Below, piece by piece: positions 29,062-39,600 of a stretch of 64,000 nt of DNA (positions are counted from its first letter, which is position 1; the number at the start of each line of letters is the position of its first letter). Below the pieces are notes generated by a model. The model was given only the letters and a program-made list of their open reading frames with translations. It searched no databases and was not told where the DNA came from. The DNA comes from a bacterium (lineage in GTDB: Bacteria > Zhuqueibacterota > Zhuqueibacteria > Zhuqueibacterales > Zhuqueibacteraceae): contig JBIOXB010000034.1 of the NCBI GenBank assembly GCA_044869275.1, forward strand, positions 1 through 64,000, in the 5' to 3' direction. The translations under genes were made by a program, and so were the position numbers.

Positions 29062-30003
29062 TTAAAACCCCGCCCCCAACACCACCCCCGAGCTTTGCAC
29101 CTGCACTTCGAAGACGTTCAATCGCTCATTCTTTCCTGGCATATGTGCGCTGAAGGCGCGTGAGATGGGAAAGCGATCGCGCACCACCGCGAAGATCGGC
29201 TCGGAAATCAGAATGGCCGCCGGCACAGTTTTGGTCAATTGCAGCAGCCGTTCGGCAACGTGTGGGGATTCACCGAGGAGGCACAACTGGTGCTGGTTTT
29301 CGCTGCCGACATGGCCGGCAATGGTTACGCCCGCATGCAAGCCGATGCCCAACTGCAAACGCACATCGCAATACCGCTCGAGATATTCATTCACTTCCTG
29401 AAAGGCCGTAGCCATGCGCCGCGCACATCCCAAGGCGCTGTTGATTGCCCCGGCGGTGTCCCCCTCCAATCCAAAGGCGGCAGTGAAAGCAGGGCCGCTA
29501 ACTTCACACCTCTGGCCGCGATGTTCAGGCAGCAAACCTGCGGCAATCGCTTGGAATTTTTGCAGAATATGAATGGCCTCGTAAGGGATGTTGTTTTTTA
29601 CGAATTCGTCGTAGTCATGAATTGCCGCTTTCATGATGACGAGAGGAATTTGCATGCCCGGCATGGCGTTGTTATTTGCCGTCGCTAGCGTCGTCACGTT
29701 TTGCACCTCTAGTTCATTTCGTAAGAGAATTTGCACGCGCAAGGGACCCAGAATGCGGGTCTGGCAGGCCAGGCGCACCGGCGGTTTTAGATGATGCGCC
29801 GACAATATGTGTCTTTCTGCCTCCTGCAGGGCCGAGCAGTTTTGTTCACCGGCAATGACCCACACGCGGCATGCGGAACATTCCGGGAGGCTGTTGCAAT
29901 GGCCGGCGTGAAACAGCCCGAAACGCCGGGAAGCTTCCATGATTGTCGTGCCCGGCTCCACTTCGAACCGGCCCAGGCGGTGAAAGATAATGCTGATCGG
30001 CAT
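29062..30003 (-). CDS. 2Fe-2S ferredoxin fused to a degenerate class III nucleotide cyclase domain
   Basis: CNSLPECSAC...RLACQ; cyclase-like GIGLHAGVTIAGHVG and ILISE. Confidence 0.82.
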   Translation of the reverse strand: MPISIIFHRLGRFEVEPGTTIMEASRRFGLFHAGHCNSLPECSACRVWVIAGEQNCSALQEAERHILSAHHLKPPVRLACQTRILGPLRVQILLRNELEVQNVTTLATANNNAMPGMQIPLVIMKAAIHDYDEFVKNNIPYEAIHILQKFQAIAAGLLPEHRGQRCEVSGPAFTAAFGLEGDTAGAINSALGCARRMATAFQEVNEYLERYCDVRLQLGIGLHAGVTIAGHVGSENQHQLCLLGESPHVAERLLQLTKTVPAAILISEPIFAVVRDRFPISRAFSAHMPGKNERLNVFEVQVQSSGVVLGAGF

Positions 30004-30143
30004 AGATTTTTCCGTTTGGTAACAGCCTGCCAAGAATCGCGAGACTGTTCGATATGCGTTGATCTATACCGGCAAAAAGCTATTCCCGCCGACAGGGACC
30101 GAATTTGGCTGAAAGCATCTTGTACTAAGGAGTGGCAGAAAAT

Positions 30144-30177
30144 AAAAAAGGGACACGGCGCGCGAAACCATGTCCCT
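30144..30177 (-). terminator. Intrinsic terminator
   Basis: Minus strand AGGGACATGG-loop-CCGTGTCCCT followed by a U tract. Confidence 0.8.
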
Positions 30178-30356
30178 CTTCTTTGGGGTAGGTGTCCTTA
30201 AAACAACCTCGTTTTAAGGATGGAAGTATAATGGATGATGGGGTAGCCTACAACCAGGTACATCACACGTCGTAGTTCCCATCGCCTTTTCCTAAAGTTG
30301 TCCGTCCGATGCTGATTGTTGGCGATGACTTACATCTTGTTACGATCCAGGTGCAC
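30144..30356 (-). ncRNA. Candidate sigma54-dependent small RNA / leader
   Basis: Bounded by a -24/-12 motif and a terminator; internal perfect 10-bp hairpin at 30195-30220. Confidence 0.5.
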
Positions 30357-30367
30357 TTTTATCGTTA

Positions 30368-30382
30368 GCTAAATCCATGCCA
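30368..30382 (-). promoter_or_regulatory. Sigma54 (-24/-12) promoter
   Basis: TGGCATGGATTTAGC with correct GG-N10-GC spacing. Confidence 0.6.
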
Positions 30383-30578
30383 GTAGCACAAACCCGCAAA
30401 GTGCTTTTCTAAATCTTGGTTATACACAAGGTTGTTGCGATTTCTCAATTGCGTTTTTATTTTAAGAAAACTTCAAAAATTGTTTCATCGCAAAACACTG
30501 TCTCACGGTGAGTGTCTTACAAATGATACAGTCTCGGGGCAAAGTGTTCCCAAGCCACGCCGGGGCATGGCAAAATGA

Positions 30579-30607
30579 TTGACATTGTGCCCGAAATCTG
30601 ATACCTT
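30579..30607 (+). promoter_or_regulatory. Sigma70 promoter
   Basis: TTGACA-17 bp-TACCTT. Confidence 0.55.
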
Positions 30608-30649
30608 TATTTTGATTTTGAGACGGTATTCAGCCCGCGAAATTAGCGA

Positions 30650-31936
30650 ATGACGCCAAACATGGTCTTGCAACTCCCCTTCGGCACAGACACACTGCGC
30701 GCGGAATTTCGTCCGCCGCGACGGCTGGTCGAAGTCAAAGCTAAACGCATTGCCACGCTGCAAAAGCCGGAGGAAATTCTCGCCCATGCGCTGCAGAAGC
30801 CCATCGGCTGCTTTCCTTTCGAGCAGATCTTTCGCAAAGCCGGCAAGGTTTTGATCGTCGTGCCCAATGACTGGCACGACTCGGGCGGCATGTATTACTT
30901 GCCGATGTTGATCAAACGCTTGCGCGAGGCCGGGGTACTCACCTCCGAGATTGCGATTTTGGTGGCCGGAGCTTGGGGCGCGAAACGTAATGGCATTGCC
31001 AGCTTGCTCAGATCTTCGGAAGTGGGCGAGCCTCTGCTCGCGATTTATTATCACGATCCCTTTGACGCACACGCGTTGGAATACGCGGGCGAGACGCGGC
31101 AGGGCACGCCGGTATTTGTGAATCGCTTGCTGGTCGATGCCGAGCACGTGCTGATTTGCGGCCAGGTGAGCCATCATTCATTTTGGGGCTATCACGGCGG
31201 TCCGGCGATGATCGTGCCCGAATGCGCCGGCAAAGAAACCATTGAGCGGCATTTGCACCTGACTTATGACGCCGCCTTGGGGTGCTTGCATCCGCATTGC
31301 CGTGACGGTGTCATTGCCGGCAACCCTCTCCAAGAAGATTTGCGCGAGGCTTTTCGTTTTCTCAGCGTTGATTTTCTTTTGCACACTTTAATAAATAAAA
31401 ACGGCCAGGTGGTCGGTGCCGTGGCCGGCGAGCCGCTGCAAGCGCATGCCGCCGGTTGCCGCATGCTGGACGATATTTATTGCGTCCCGTTGGCGGAGGC
31501 GGCGGACTTGGTGATCGCCAGTTGCGGCGGGTACCCGCACGACGCCAATTTTTGCCGCGCGCATGAAGCCTTGCATCGCGCCGCGCAAACGGTCCAACCC
31601 GGCGGCAAGATCATTTTTGTGGCGGAGTGCCGCCACGGCCTGGGCTCACCGGAATTTGCGAAATGGTTCCTGCCCGCGGCCACAACAGAGCGAGAGGGCA
31701 AACTGCACTCGCGCGCGCAATTGGAAAGTTTGCTGGCGATTTCCACCCGTCAAATCGCGCAGCAAAACGAAGTGATTATGGTGACGAGCTTAAACGCCGA
31801 AACCGTGCGCGCGCTCGGTTTCGTGCCCGCTTCTTCCCTGGCGGAAGCTTTGCATTTGGCGCATGCCAGAGCTGCTGAAATGAATTCCTGTTATATTATT
31901 TCCCACGGCGCGATCACTGTACCGCAGCTGGTGTGA
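30650..31936 (+). CDS. LarA (DUF2088) lactate racemase superfamily protein, divergent
   Basis: HALQKPIG, GETRQGTPVFVNR, ADLVIASCGGYPHD, AECRHGLGS. Confidence 0.82.
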   Translation: MTPNMVLQLPFGTDTLRAEFRPPRRLVEVKAKRIATLQKPEEILAHALQKPIGCFPFEQIFRKAGKVLIVVPNDWHDSGGMYYLPMLIKRLREAGVLTSEIAILVAGAWGAKRNGIASLLRSSEVGEPLLAIYYHDPFDAHALEYAGETRQGTPVFVNRLLVDAEHVLICGQVSHHSFWGYHGGPAMIVPECAGKETIERHLHLTYDAALGCLHPHCRDGVIAGNPLQEDLREAFRFLSVDFLLHTLINKNGQVVGAVAGEPLQAHAAGCRMLDDIYCVPLAEAADLVIASCGGYPHDANFCRAHEALHRAAQTVQPGGKIIFVAECRHGLGSPEFAKWFLPAATTEREGKLHSRAQLESLLAISTRQIAQQNEVIMVTSLNAETVRALGFVPASSLAEALHLAHARAAEMNSCYIISHGAITVPQLV

Positions 31937-32021
31937 CAGCGGATGCCGCAGCCGGGAAACGCATGCAGGATTATTGGAGCGGAAAACTGGAAAAGCTGAG
32001 AGATTTGTTGGGAGCTTAAAC

Positions 32022-32252
32022 ATGGATAAGCCGCTGTTTCCACGGCCCTCCGAACTGCCCTCATCCGCGCGTCATTTTGATGAAGCTATCTACAGCCGGC
32101 TAACCCAGGCGCGCGAATTCATCAGCGATTGTTACGACCAACCTCTCGATTTGCAGCAAATTTCCCGGCAGGCATTTTTCTCGCCTTACCATTTCCTGCG
32201 TTTGTTCCGCTGCGGCAATTGGTTCAGCATGACGCAGCATCTGCAAAACTAG
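32022..32252 (+). pseudogene. AraC N-terminus fused to a VOC-family C-terminus
   Basis: AREFISDCYDQPLDLQQISRQAFFSPYHFLRLFR (first AraC HTH) directly followed by CGNWFSMTQ. Confidence 0.7.
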
Positions 32253-32266
32253 AAAGAGCTCCCCCA

Positions 32267-32875
32267 ATGGCAAAGAAAGATCCTGGAGTAGATGCCTACC
32301 TTGTCAAGGCTGCCGATTTTGCAAAACCCATATTGCAGCACCTCAGAAAGCTGGTCCATGAAGCATGCCCGGAAGTAGAAGAGACGCTCAAGTGGGGATT
32401 TCCACATTTCATGTATAAAGGAAATCTGTGCAGCATGGCGGCTTTTAAGGGTCATTGCACATTCGGCTTTTGGAAAGGCGCAATGTTCGTTGCTAAAGAC
32501 CACGCGCATGCCAAAAATGACGCGATGGGCGAGTTTGGCAGAATAACCGCCATCTCGGATCTGCCCAAGGATCGCATCTTGATCGGCTACGTCAAGCAGG
32601 CGGTCAAGCTGAACGAAGAAGGCATTAAATTGCCGGCGAAACCCAAGCCAAAAACAAAAAAAGCGCCAAAGGCGCCAGCGTATTTCATGGAAGCGCTGAA
32701 GAAGAACAAGCAGGCGCTGAGGACTTTCGAGAACTTCAGCCCAAGTCACAAGAAGGAGTATGTGGAATGGATTGCCGAAGCAAAAAGCGCAGAGACCAGG
32801 GCTAGAAGAATAGAAACTGCATTGGAATGGATGGCAGAGGGCAAAGTGAGGAATTGGAAGTATATCAGGAAATAG
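32267..32875 (+). CDS. YdeI/OmpD-associated (DUF1801) family protein
   Basis: VEETLKWGFPHF, FSPSHKKEYVEWIAEAKSAETRARRI. Confidence 0.9.
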   Translation: MAKKDPGVDAYLVKAADFAKPILQHLRKLVHEACPEVEETLKWGFPHFMYKGNLCSMAAFKGHCTFGFWKGAMFVAKDHAHAKNDAMGEFGRITAISDLPKDRILIGYVKQAVKLNEEGIKLPAKPKPKTKKAPKAPAYFMEALKKNKQALRTFENFSPSHKKEYVEWIAEAKSAETRARRIETALEWMAEGKVRNWKYIRK

Positions 32876-32925
32876 ATAGGCGGATTCCAAATTCGCAGAA
32901 CCTAAACAGGAGAGGAGGAAGTCAC

Positions 32926-33486
32926 ATGAATCAAAAAGCGATTCTCGGCGCCGTGCTGGCCGGCGTGGTGGTGTTTTTTTGGGGCGCGGTCTCGCACATG
33001 CTGCTGGGCGTGGGCGAATCGAGCATGCAGGCGTTCAAAGACGAGGCCGCGGTTGAGCGGGTGTTGCTGGACAACGTCTCCGGTTCCGGGGTTTACATGC
33101 TACCGGGCATGAAACCGGGCGCGGACGCCGCGGCGGAAGCTGCGGCCATGGAAAAAATGAAAACCGGCCCGTTCGTGTTTGTGTCCCTCCGGGGTGAAGG
33201 CATGCCTTCCATGGCCGCTCCCATGATCAAGCAACTGTTGATTGAAATCTTCGCCGGCCTGCTCCTCACCTGGCTGCTGACGCGCACCACCGGTTTGAGT
33301 TATCTCACCAGCGCTGCTTTCGTGGCAATCGCCGCGCTGGCAGGCACCATCAGCACCATTCTGCCGTTTTGGAATTGGTATGGCTTTTCTGCGGGCTTCG
33401 TGCTGTCGGATTTGCTTGATTCCCTCATTGGCTGGTTCCTGGGCGGATTGGTGATTGGCAAATTTGTGCGGCCGCAAAAGCCGTAA
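32926..33486 (+). CDS. Multi-TM hypothetical protein
   Basis: GAGGAGG RBS, four hydrophobic segments, WNWYGF motif. Confidence 0.8.
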   Translation: MNQKAILGAVLAGVVVFFWGAVSHMLLGVGESSMQAFKDEAAVERVLLDNVSGSGVYMLPGMKPGADAAAEAAAMEKMKTGPFVFVSLRGEGMPSMAAPMIKQLLIEIFAGLLLTWLLTRTTGLSYLTSAAFVAIAALAGTISTILPFWNWYGFSAGFVLSDLLDSLIGWFLGGLVIGKFVRPQKP

Positions 33487-33629
33487 AGATGGCACGACAG
33501 CTTTTCCGTTACTCGCCCATGAAGCGTGCCTGAGCACACCTGGACGAGTATGTGAGAGTTTTGATTGTAAAGCTCGAGGCGCAATGTTTGACGTGTGGTT
33601 TTTTTGAATCAAGCATTGCGCCTTCGGCT

Positions 33630-36600
33630 TTATTTTGCCAGCACCATTTTCTTCGTCATGACATAGCCCTCCGCTTCCAGCCGATAATGGTACACCCCCG
33701 AGGGCACGGGATTACCGTGCAGATCGCGGCCGTTCCACAAGACCGTGTGATACCCTGCTTCGCGCATGCCATTCGCCAGCCGTGCCACCACCTGGCCGAG
33801 GCTGTTGTAGACGAACAGCCGCACCATGCCCGGCTTGGGCATTTGAAATTGAATGTTGGTGGTGGGGTTGAACGGGTTAGGATAATTCTGGCTGAGCTCG
33901 TAATTTTCCGGCAGCGCCAGCAGCGCTTGCACCGGACCGTGCAACGTCGATCTGCCGCTGGCATCAATGTCTTCGAGCTTGTAGTAGTAACGCGCGCCTG
34001 CTTCGACGGTCTGATCGACGAAGGTGTAATCGCCGTCGAGGCGCGGGGGAATGAGCTGCGTGGTAAGGCGTGTGTACGGCCCGCCGGCGCTGAGGCTGCG
34101 ATGCACGTGAAAGCCGATATTGTTGAACTCCGCGTTCGTGACCCAATGCAGAGTCACGGCCTTGGCACTCGCACTGGCGGAAAAGCTGCTTAAGGCCACC
34201 GGCACTTTCATGGCCCAATCCGTCATCACTTCATCCACGCCGTCGGATACAAAACACTGCACGTAAGTCAAACCGAGTACGCCGACGAAGTTGAAGCTAT
34301 TGCTGTTCGTGCCCACAATCTGGCCGTTTTGCAGCCAGCGGTAACTCAACCGGTCTTCGGGATCTTCATCCCGCGCATTCACACGCATGGTGAAACGCGC
34401 CACGCCGTCGGTACCGGGAATGAGAGTGGTATCCGCCCGCACCGGATCAGCGTTCCCCACCGGACTACGGCTCAGAATGATCGGCGGACGATTTCTATTG
34501 CCAATGGTAATGCGCACGACTTCGATATCGATGCCCCCCTTGCCGTCGCGCACGAGAATTTCCGGCTCATACATCCCCGCGCTGTTGTAATTCGTTTTCC
34601 AGGAAAAGGTGCGTGTGGCGAGGGAATCGAACGCAGCGCCGGGCGGCAGGTTGCGCGCGCCGAAAGACATGCCGTCGCCGTCGACATCGCTCGCGGTGAC
34701 GGTGAACTCCACGCGATCTTCTTCGATCGCGCGCAGATCCGGCACATCGACAAAAATCGGAAAATTGTTGGTGAACCCTGTGGCGGTGAACGTGAGGGCG
34801 GGAATCAAGTTGCCGCCGGCCTTGACCGCGTTCACGCGATTGGTGCCGGGGCTGTTGCCGAGCGTCAAGCTGGCCTCGGCAATACCACTGCTGTCGCTGG
34901 TGGCCGTCACCGCCGCACCAGCCCCGTTCAGAGCGCCGCCGCCACTGGTGATGACGAAATTCACCGCCTCGCCCACGGCCGGGTTGCCGAACGGATCGAG
35001 CAACTTCACCTGCAGCGGGAAATTGAGCGGCTTGCCGATGGTGCCGCCTTGATTGTTCGTGCGCGGCACCGCATTCATACTCACCGCGGCCGCCGGTTGC
35101 GCATACACCATGATGGTCATGGGCGAGCCGGATAGGCTCCCGGCCACGGCGCGCACCTTGCGATAGCCGCTGACATTGTCAAAATTCAGCCGGGTGCTGG
35201 CAAAACCGCCGCTTGCGGTTTGCACGCGCGTTTGTGTGAGCACCCCTGTGCCCTGCGCCAGCTCGAAATCAACGGTGTAGCCGTCGACGCCGTTACCCAG
35301 CGCATCGACGACGCGTACTTGAATCGGGCCGGATTGGCCGCCGACCGGACCCTTTACGATGTCACCAGGCACTGCATTCGCGACGCAACAGGCGCGCCCG
35401 CCGATGGCTTGCGCGCTGAAGTCGAACGGCGAGCCGGTCAAACCCTCGGCACTCGCGCGCACGGCATTGAGACCGGCCTGCAGCCCGAGTGTCCAGGTCG
35501 CCTCGGCCTCGCCGAATTCATTGGTTAGTACCGTGCTCGCGCTCAACGCGCCGTTGCCGAACGTCACTTGAAAATTGACCGGTCTGCTGAAAACCGCTTT
35601 GCCGTTGGCGTCGGCCACTTTCACGACGATCGGTGCGGCCAGAGTCTCGCCGGCGATGCCGCTTTGCTCGTTACCGGAAACATAAATCAGATTTCTCGCG
35701 GGCAGATCAACGGCATTCACAAAAAATCCAACCGGTGAGCCGTTCAAACCCTGCGCTTCGGCGCGAATCTGGCTTTCGCCTTGCGTGTTGCCGAAGATGA
35801 AAAAAACACGGGCCACGCCGTTACCGTCCGACAGCACAGTTTCATTGCTCGCGCCGTTGCTCATCTTGCCCGCACCGCTGTACAAGCGGAACGTGACCGG
35901 GTGGTTGAGCACGCCGTTGCCGTAGCGGTCGGCAACTCGTACACTCAAAGGCACATCCACCGCGGTGTTGAGGTTGCCGGTTTGACCGTTTCCGCCTTGC
36001 GGCGAGATGCGAGCGGCATTCAGAGGTGTAAACTGCACCGTCGCGCCATTGGTAATTCTAATGCCGCCGGGAATATACGCGGTCACCGTTTTCGTCCCGG
36101 ATTTGGTCGAAGTAAACTTGCCCGTGGCGCGGCCTTGGGCATTGGTCTGCTGCACCGGCTGCGTGATGTCGTTCGGTTGATTGGTGACTTCGATGATGAC
36201 GGTTTCCCCCGAAACGGGATTGCCAAAACTGTCTTGCACCTCCACCGTCACCCCCACTTCCGTGGTGCCGTCCGCCAGTGCCGTGCCGGTGGAGGTGATC
36301 ACTCTCGAGGTCGCCTGACTCGGCAATCCCGCCCTGGCAAAAGCCACAAAGCGCAAAGGTGAATTTGTCAACGGCCCGACGCCGTCGGTGGAGGTGGCGG
36401 TAACGATCTGGCTGTCGGGCAGCACCGTTCCACCTAACGTGAGCTTGAGCGCGGCCACGCCCGTGGCGTTCGTAAACACGGTCGAATCGCTGCGGCCATT
36501 GGCGAACTTGCCGCCGCCGCGGGTGACGCGGAAAGCCACCGCGTGCTCCGGCACCGGGTTGCCTTTATCGTCGTTCACGCGCACGCTGAAATTCTGTGCC

Positions 36601-39600
36601 AACGGCGAACCGGCTCGCCCGGTTTGGCGATTGCCGGTGGTCGCGAGCATCGCACGCGCGCGGCTGGCCGTGGCGGTGGCATAGAACCTCATGGGAGAAT
36701 TGCGCAGAGAAATCGAGCCGTTGGAGGCGCGCGCTTCCACCACATTGTTGAACTGGCCGCCCGTGGTACTCGTCCCGAGCGTCAAGGTGATTTGTGCTTT
36801 GCCGTCCGCTTGAGTGGTCACCGTATCCCGCTGCTGGCCGCCAATGGACCCGCCGCCTGAGACGACGCGGAATATGACGTCGATGCCGGCCACGCCATTA
36901 CCGTAACGATCGCCGGCTTTGGCCACGAACGGCACGGGCATGAGATTGCCAACCACGCCTCTGCTGCTATCGCCGCTCACTTTGATGAGCGAGTCCGGCG
37001 CCGCCGCTTGCGCCACTGCTCTGAACACGCGGGGCGAGCCGGGCAACGCGGGCGTAATCGTCGCGGTGACGCGATTTTCAATCGGTTGTGTGCCCAGTAA
37101 GTATCTAATCGGCGCACGACCCGAAGTATCCGTGGTCACCTCTTTTGAAGCGCCGCCGCCTTCGAAGCTGCCGCCTCCGGCCGTGACTTCGAACTTCACT
37201 TTCTGGCCGGGCACTTTGGTGTTGTTCGAATCCACCACCGACATGACGAACGGTTGCGCCAAAAAGCTCCCCACCACGCCGCCTTGCTGATTGTCGCCCG
37301 ATTCGTATCTCAAATTCCTCAACCCGTAAGTGCGAATGCTGAAGGTCTTGGGCGAGCCATTGATGTTAGCGCCATTGGACGTGGCCGAGGCGCGCACTTG
37401 ATTCACCGCATTCGCCGCCGTGCCGCACACCAGCGTGGCGCGTGCAATGCCATCGACCTCGGTGAAAATCGTTTCCGCCAGTTTGTTGTTAATCGTGCCA
37501 TTGCCCTGCACGACTTCGAATTTTACCGGATAACCGGCAATCGGTTTGTTATCCGAAGTTTTGACAATAACCGCCAGCGGCGGGTTGATCGGCCGGCCGG
37601 CGGTGGCACGTTGCCCGGAATTCCCGAAAATGGCGAAACTGCCCGGCACCGTCGCTGTAGCCGTGAAGGTCACTTTGTCCGGATTCAAACCAGTAGCCGC
37701 GGCCTCGACCGTATTGGGTGTGTTATTCCCAGAACCGATCGTGTAAGTGACGCTTGCCAGCCCTTGTATATCCGTCTTCACGGTTTTCGTGCTGACGTTG
37801 CCTTCGAGCTTGCCTGCGGCGGTGCCAATTGAAGTCACTCTAAAAGTCACATCGACGTTGGCCACGCCGTTCACGCCGGTCATGTCTGCTACTTTCGCAA
37901 CAAAGGGCAGGGGCAAGGGCTGGCCCGCCGAGCCGACTTGATTGTTTCCGCTCTCTGCCTGCAGTTGCGCTTTGGCTCCGGCCTCGGCAGTCGCCGTGAA
38001 TACCAACGGTGAGCCGGTCAAAATGGCACCGCCTGAGATGCCGGAAATCGCAATCCGTTGCGTGCCCGCCGTGTCACCCAGAGTCCAGGAAGTTGCCAGC
38101 CGGCCGGTGCTGTTGGTGGCCGGAACGATTTGTACGTCGTCGATGAAGAAATTACTCGCTTTGCCGTCTGTGACAAAGCTGAGCGACCGGTTGCCGGCCT
38201 GCGCATTATTTTCGATCAAACGATACTTCGTCCAGGTATTGCCCGAGCCGGATTGGTGAAGGTCGAGAGTTCTGCCGCCCGCGCCATTGTCCAACAGCCA
38301 GCGCACGCGCGCCGAGCCCGTGGTCACCTTGGCCCAAAATGTCAAAATGTAATTCGTATTCGCGGCATAGGCGGCAGATTGGCTGATGCCTACTTCCGCG
38401 GCACGGCTCGCATTGACTTGCAAGCTGAGCGCACCGGCTTTGGGGTCGGTGGTGCTCAAGCTCACTTCATTATTTGCCGGGCTGTTCTCGCCAGTCCAAC
38501 TTGCCGGAAGCGCGCCGTTGTTCGCTTCAAAACTGGGATTGAGCAAACTAACATTGGCAGCGAGCGAGCCGCCGCCGCGTTGCGAGGTGAGCTTCAAGGG
38601 CACATTCGGCACGCCCGTGGTGCCGCCAGTATCCGTCACCCGCGCTTCAACATTGGCCGGCAGCGCGGTTCTGATTCTTGCCGTCTGGCCGTCGCCGCTA
38701 GTGCGCGCCATCTTGGCTGGCTGTCCGCCGCTCGCCGTGGCCGTGAAAACAATCGTGCCCAAGCTGGTGGCGCCGTCCTGTTTCACGCTGCGGGCTTCCA
38801 CACGGTTGTTAGTCTGCAACACACCCAGCGTTAAAATCGTGGTGGCTTTGCCGTTGAGGTCGGTCGCGCTGACGTAGTTGCTCAATTTGCCGTCGCCGCC
38901 GGTGATCACCCAACTCACTTTGTGATTCGCCACCGTGTTGCCTCCGGCGTCTTGTACGGTGACGGTGAAGGGTTGAGATAATGTGGAACCAAACGTGCCG
39001 GTTTGCGCATCGCCGCTGGTTTTGGCCATGCTCTGTGCCGCACCGCCGCTGGCTGTTGCCTTGAAAACCGCGGCCGGAAGAGTGCCATATTTCGCGGAGA
39101 TGTTGATTTCGCCCGCCTGGCTCCCGACCAAGACTTGCGCGCGTGCGAAACCATCGGCATCGGTGGTGAAACCGGGGTCTTCCAAGCCGCTGGGAACGAA
39201 ATTGGTATTCGCAGTGACGATAATCTTATCAAGATGCGTTTCTTTGCGCTGCGCATGAAACTCGATGCTATGCTGGCCGGGGGTGAAATTGAAAACTTTG
39301 GTGGTAAAAGATGTGCCGTTGGACTCCGTCAGCAAGTCCCAGTCCCACACCTGGCTGATCCCACGTTGAAATACTTCGTAGGTAAACAAAGCGCCGTTAT
39401 CCACGCGCACGCTCCATACGCCGTATGGCGTTTCCTCGCGCCGGCTGCGCGTCCAAATACGATAACTCCCGGCCGTGGTGATGTTGAAGGTCAGCTTGAC
39501 ATTGGCATCCAATGAGGCCGAGTTGGGATAAGAGACGTAACTCCCGCGCGAGGCCTCATTATCGGGGCGCGTTTCTATCGGGCCGGTGATTACACCAGAT

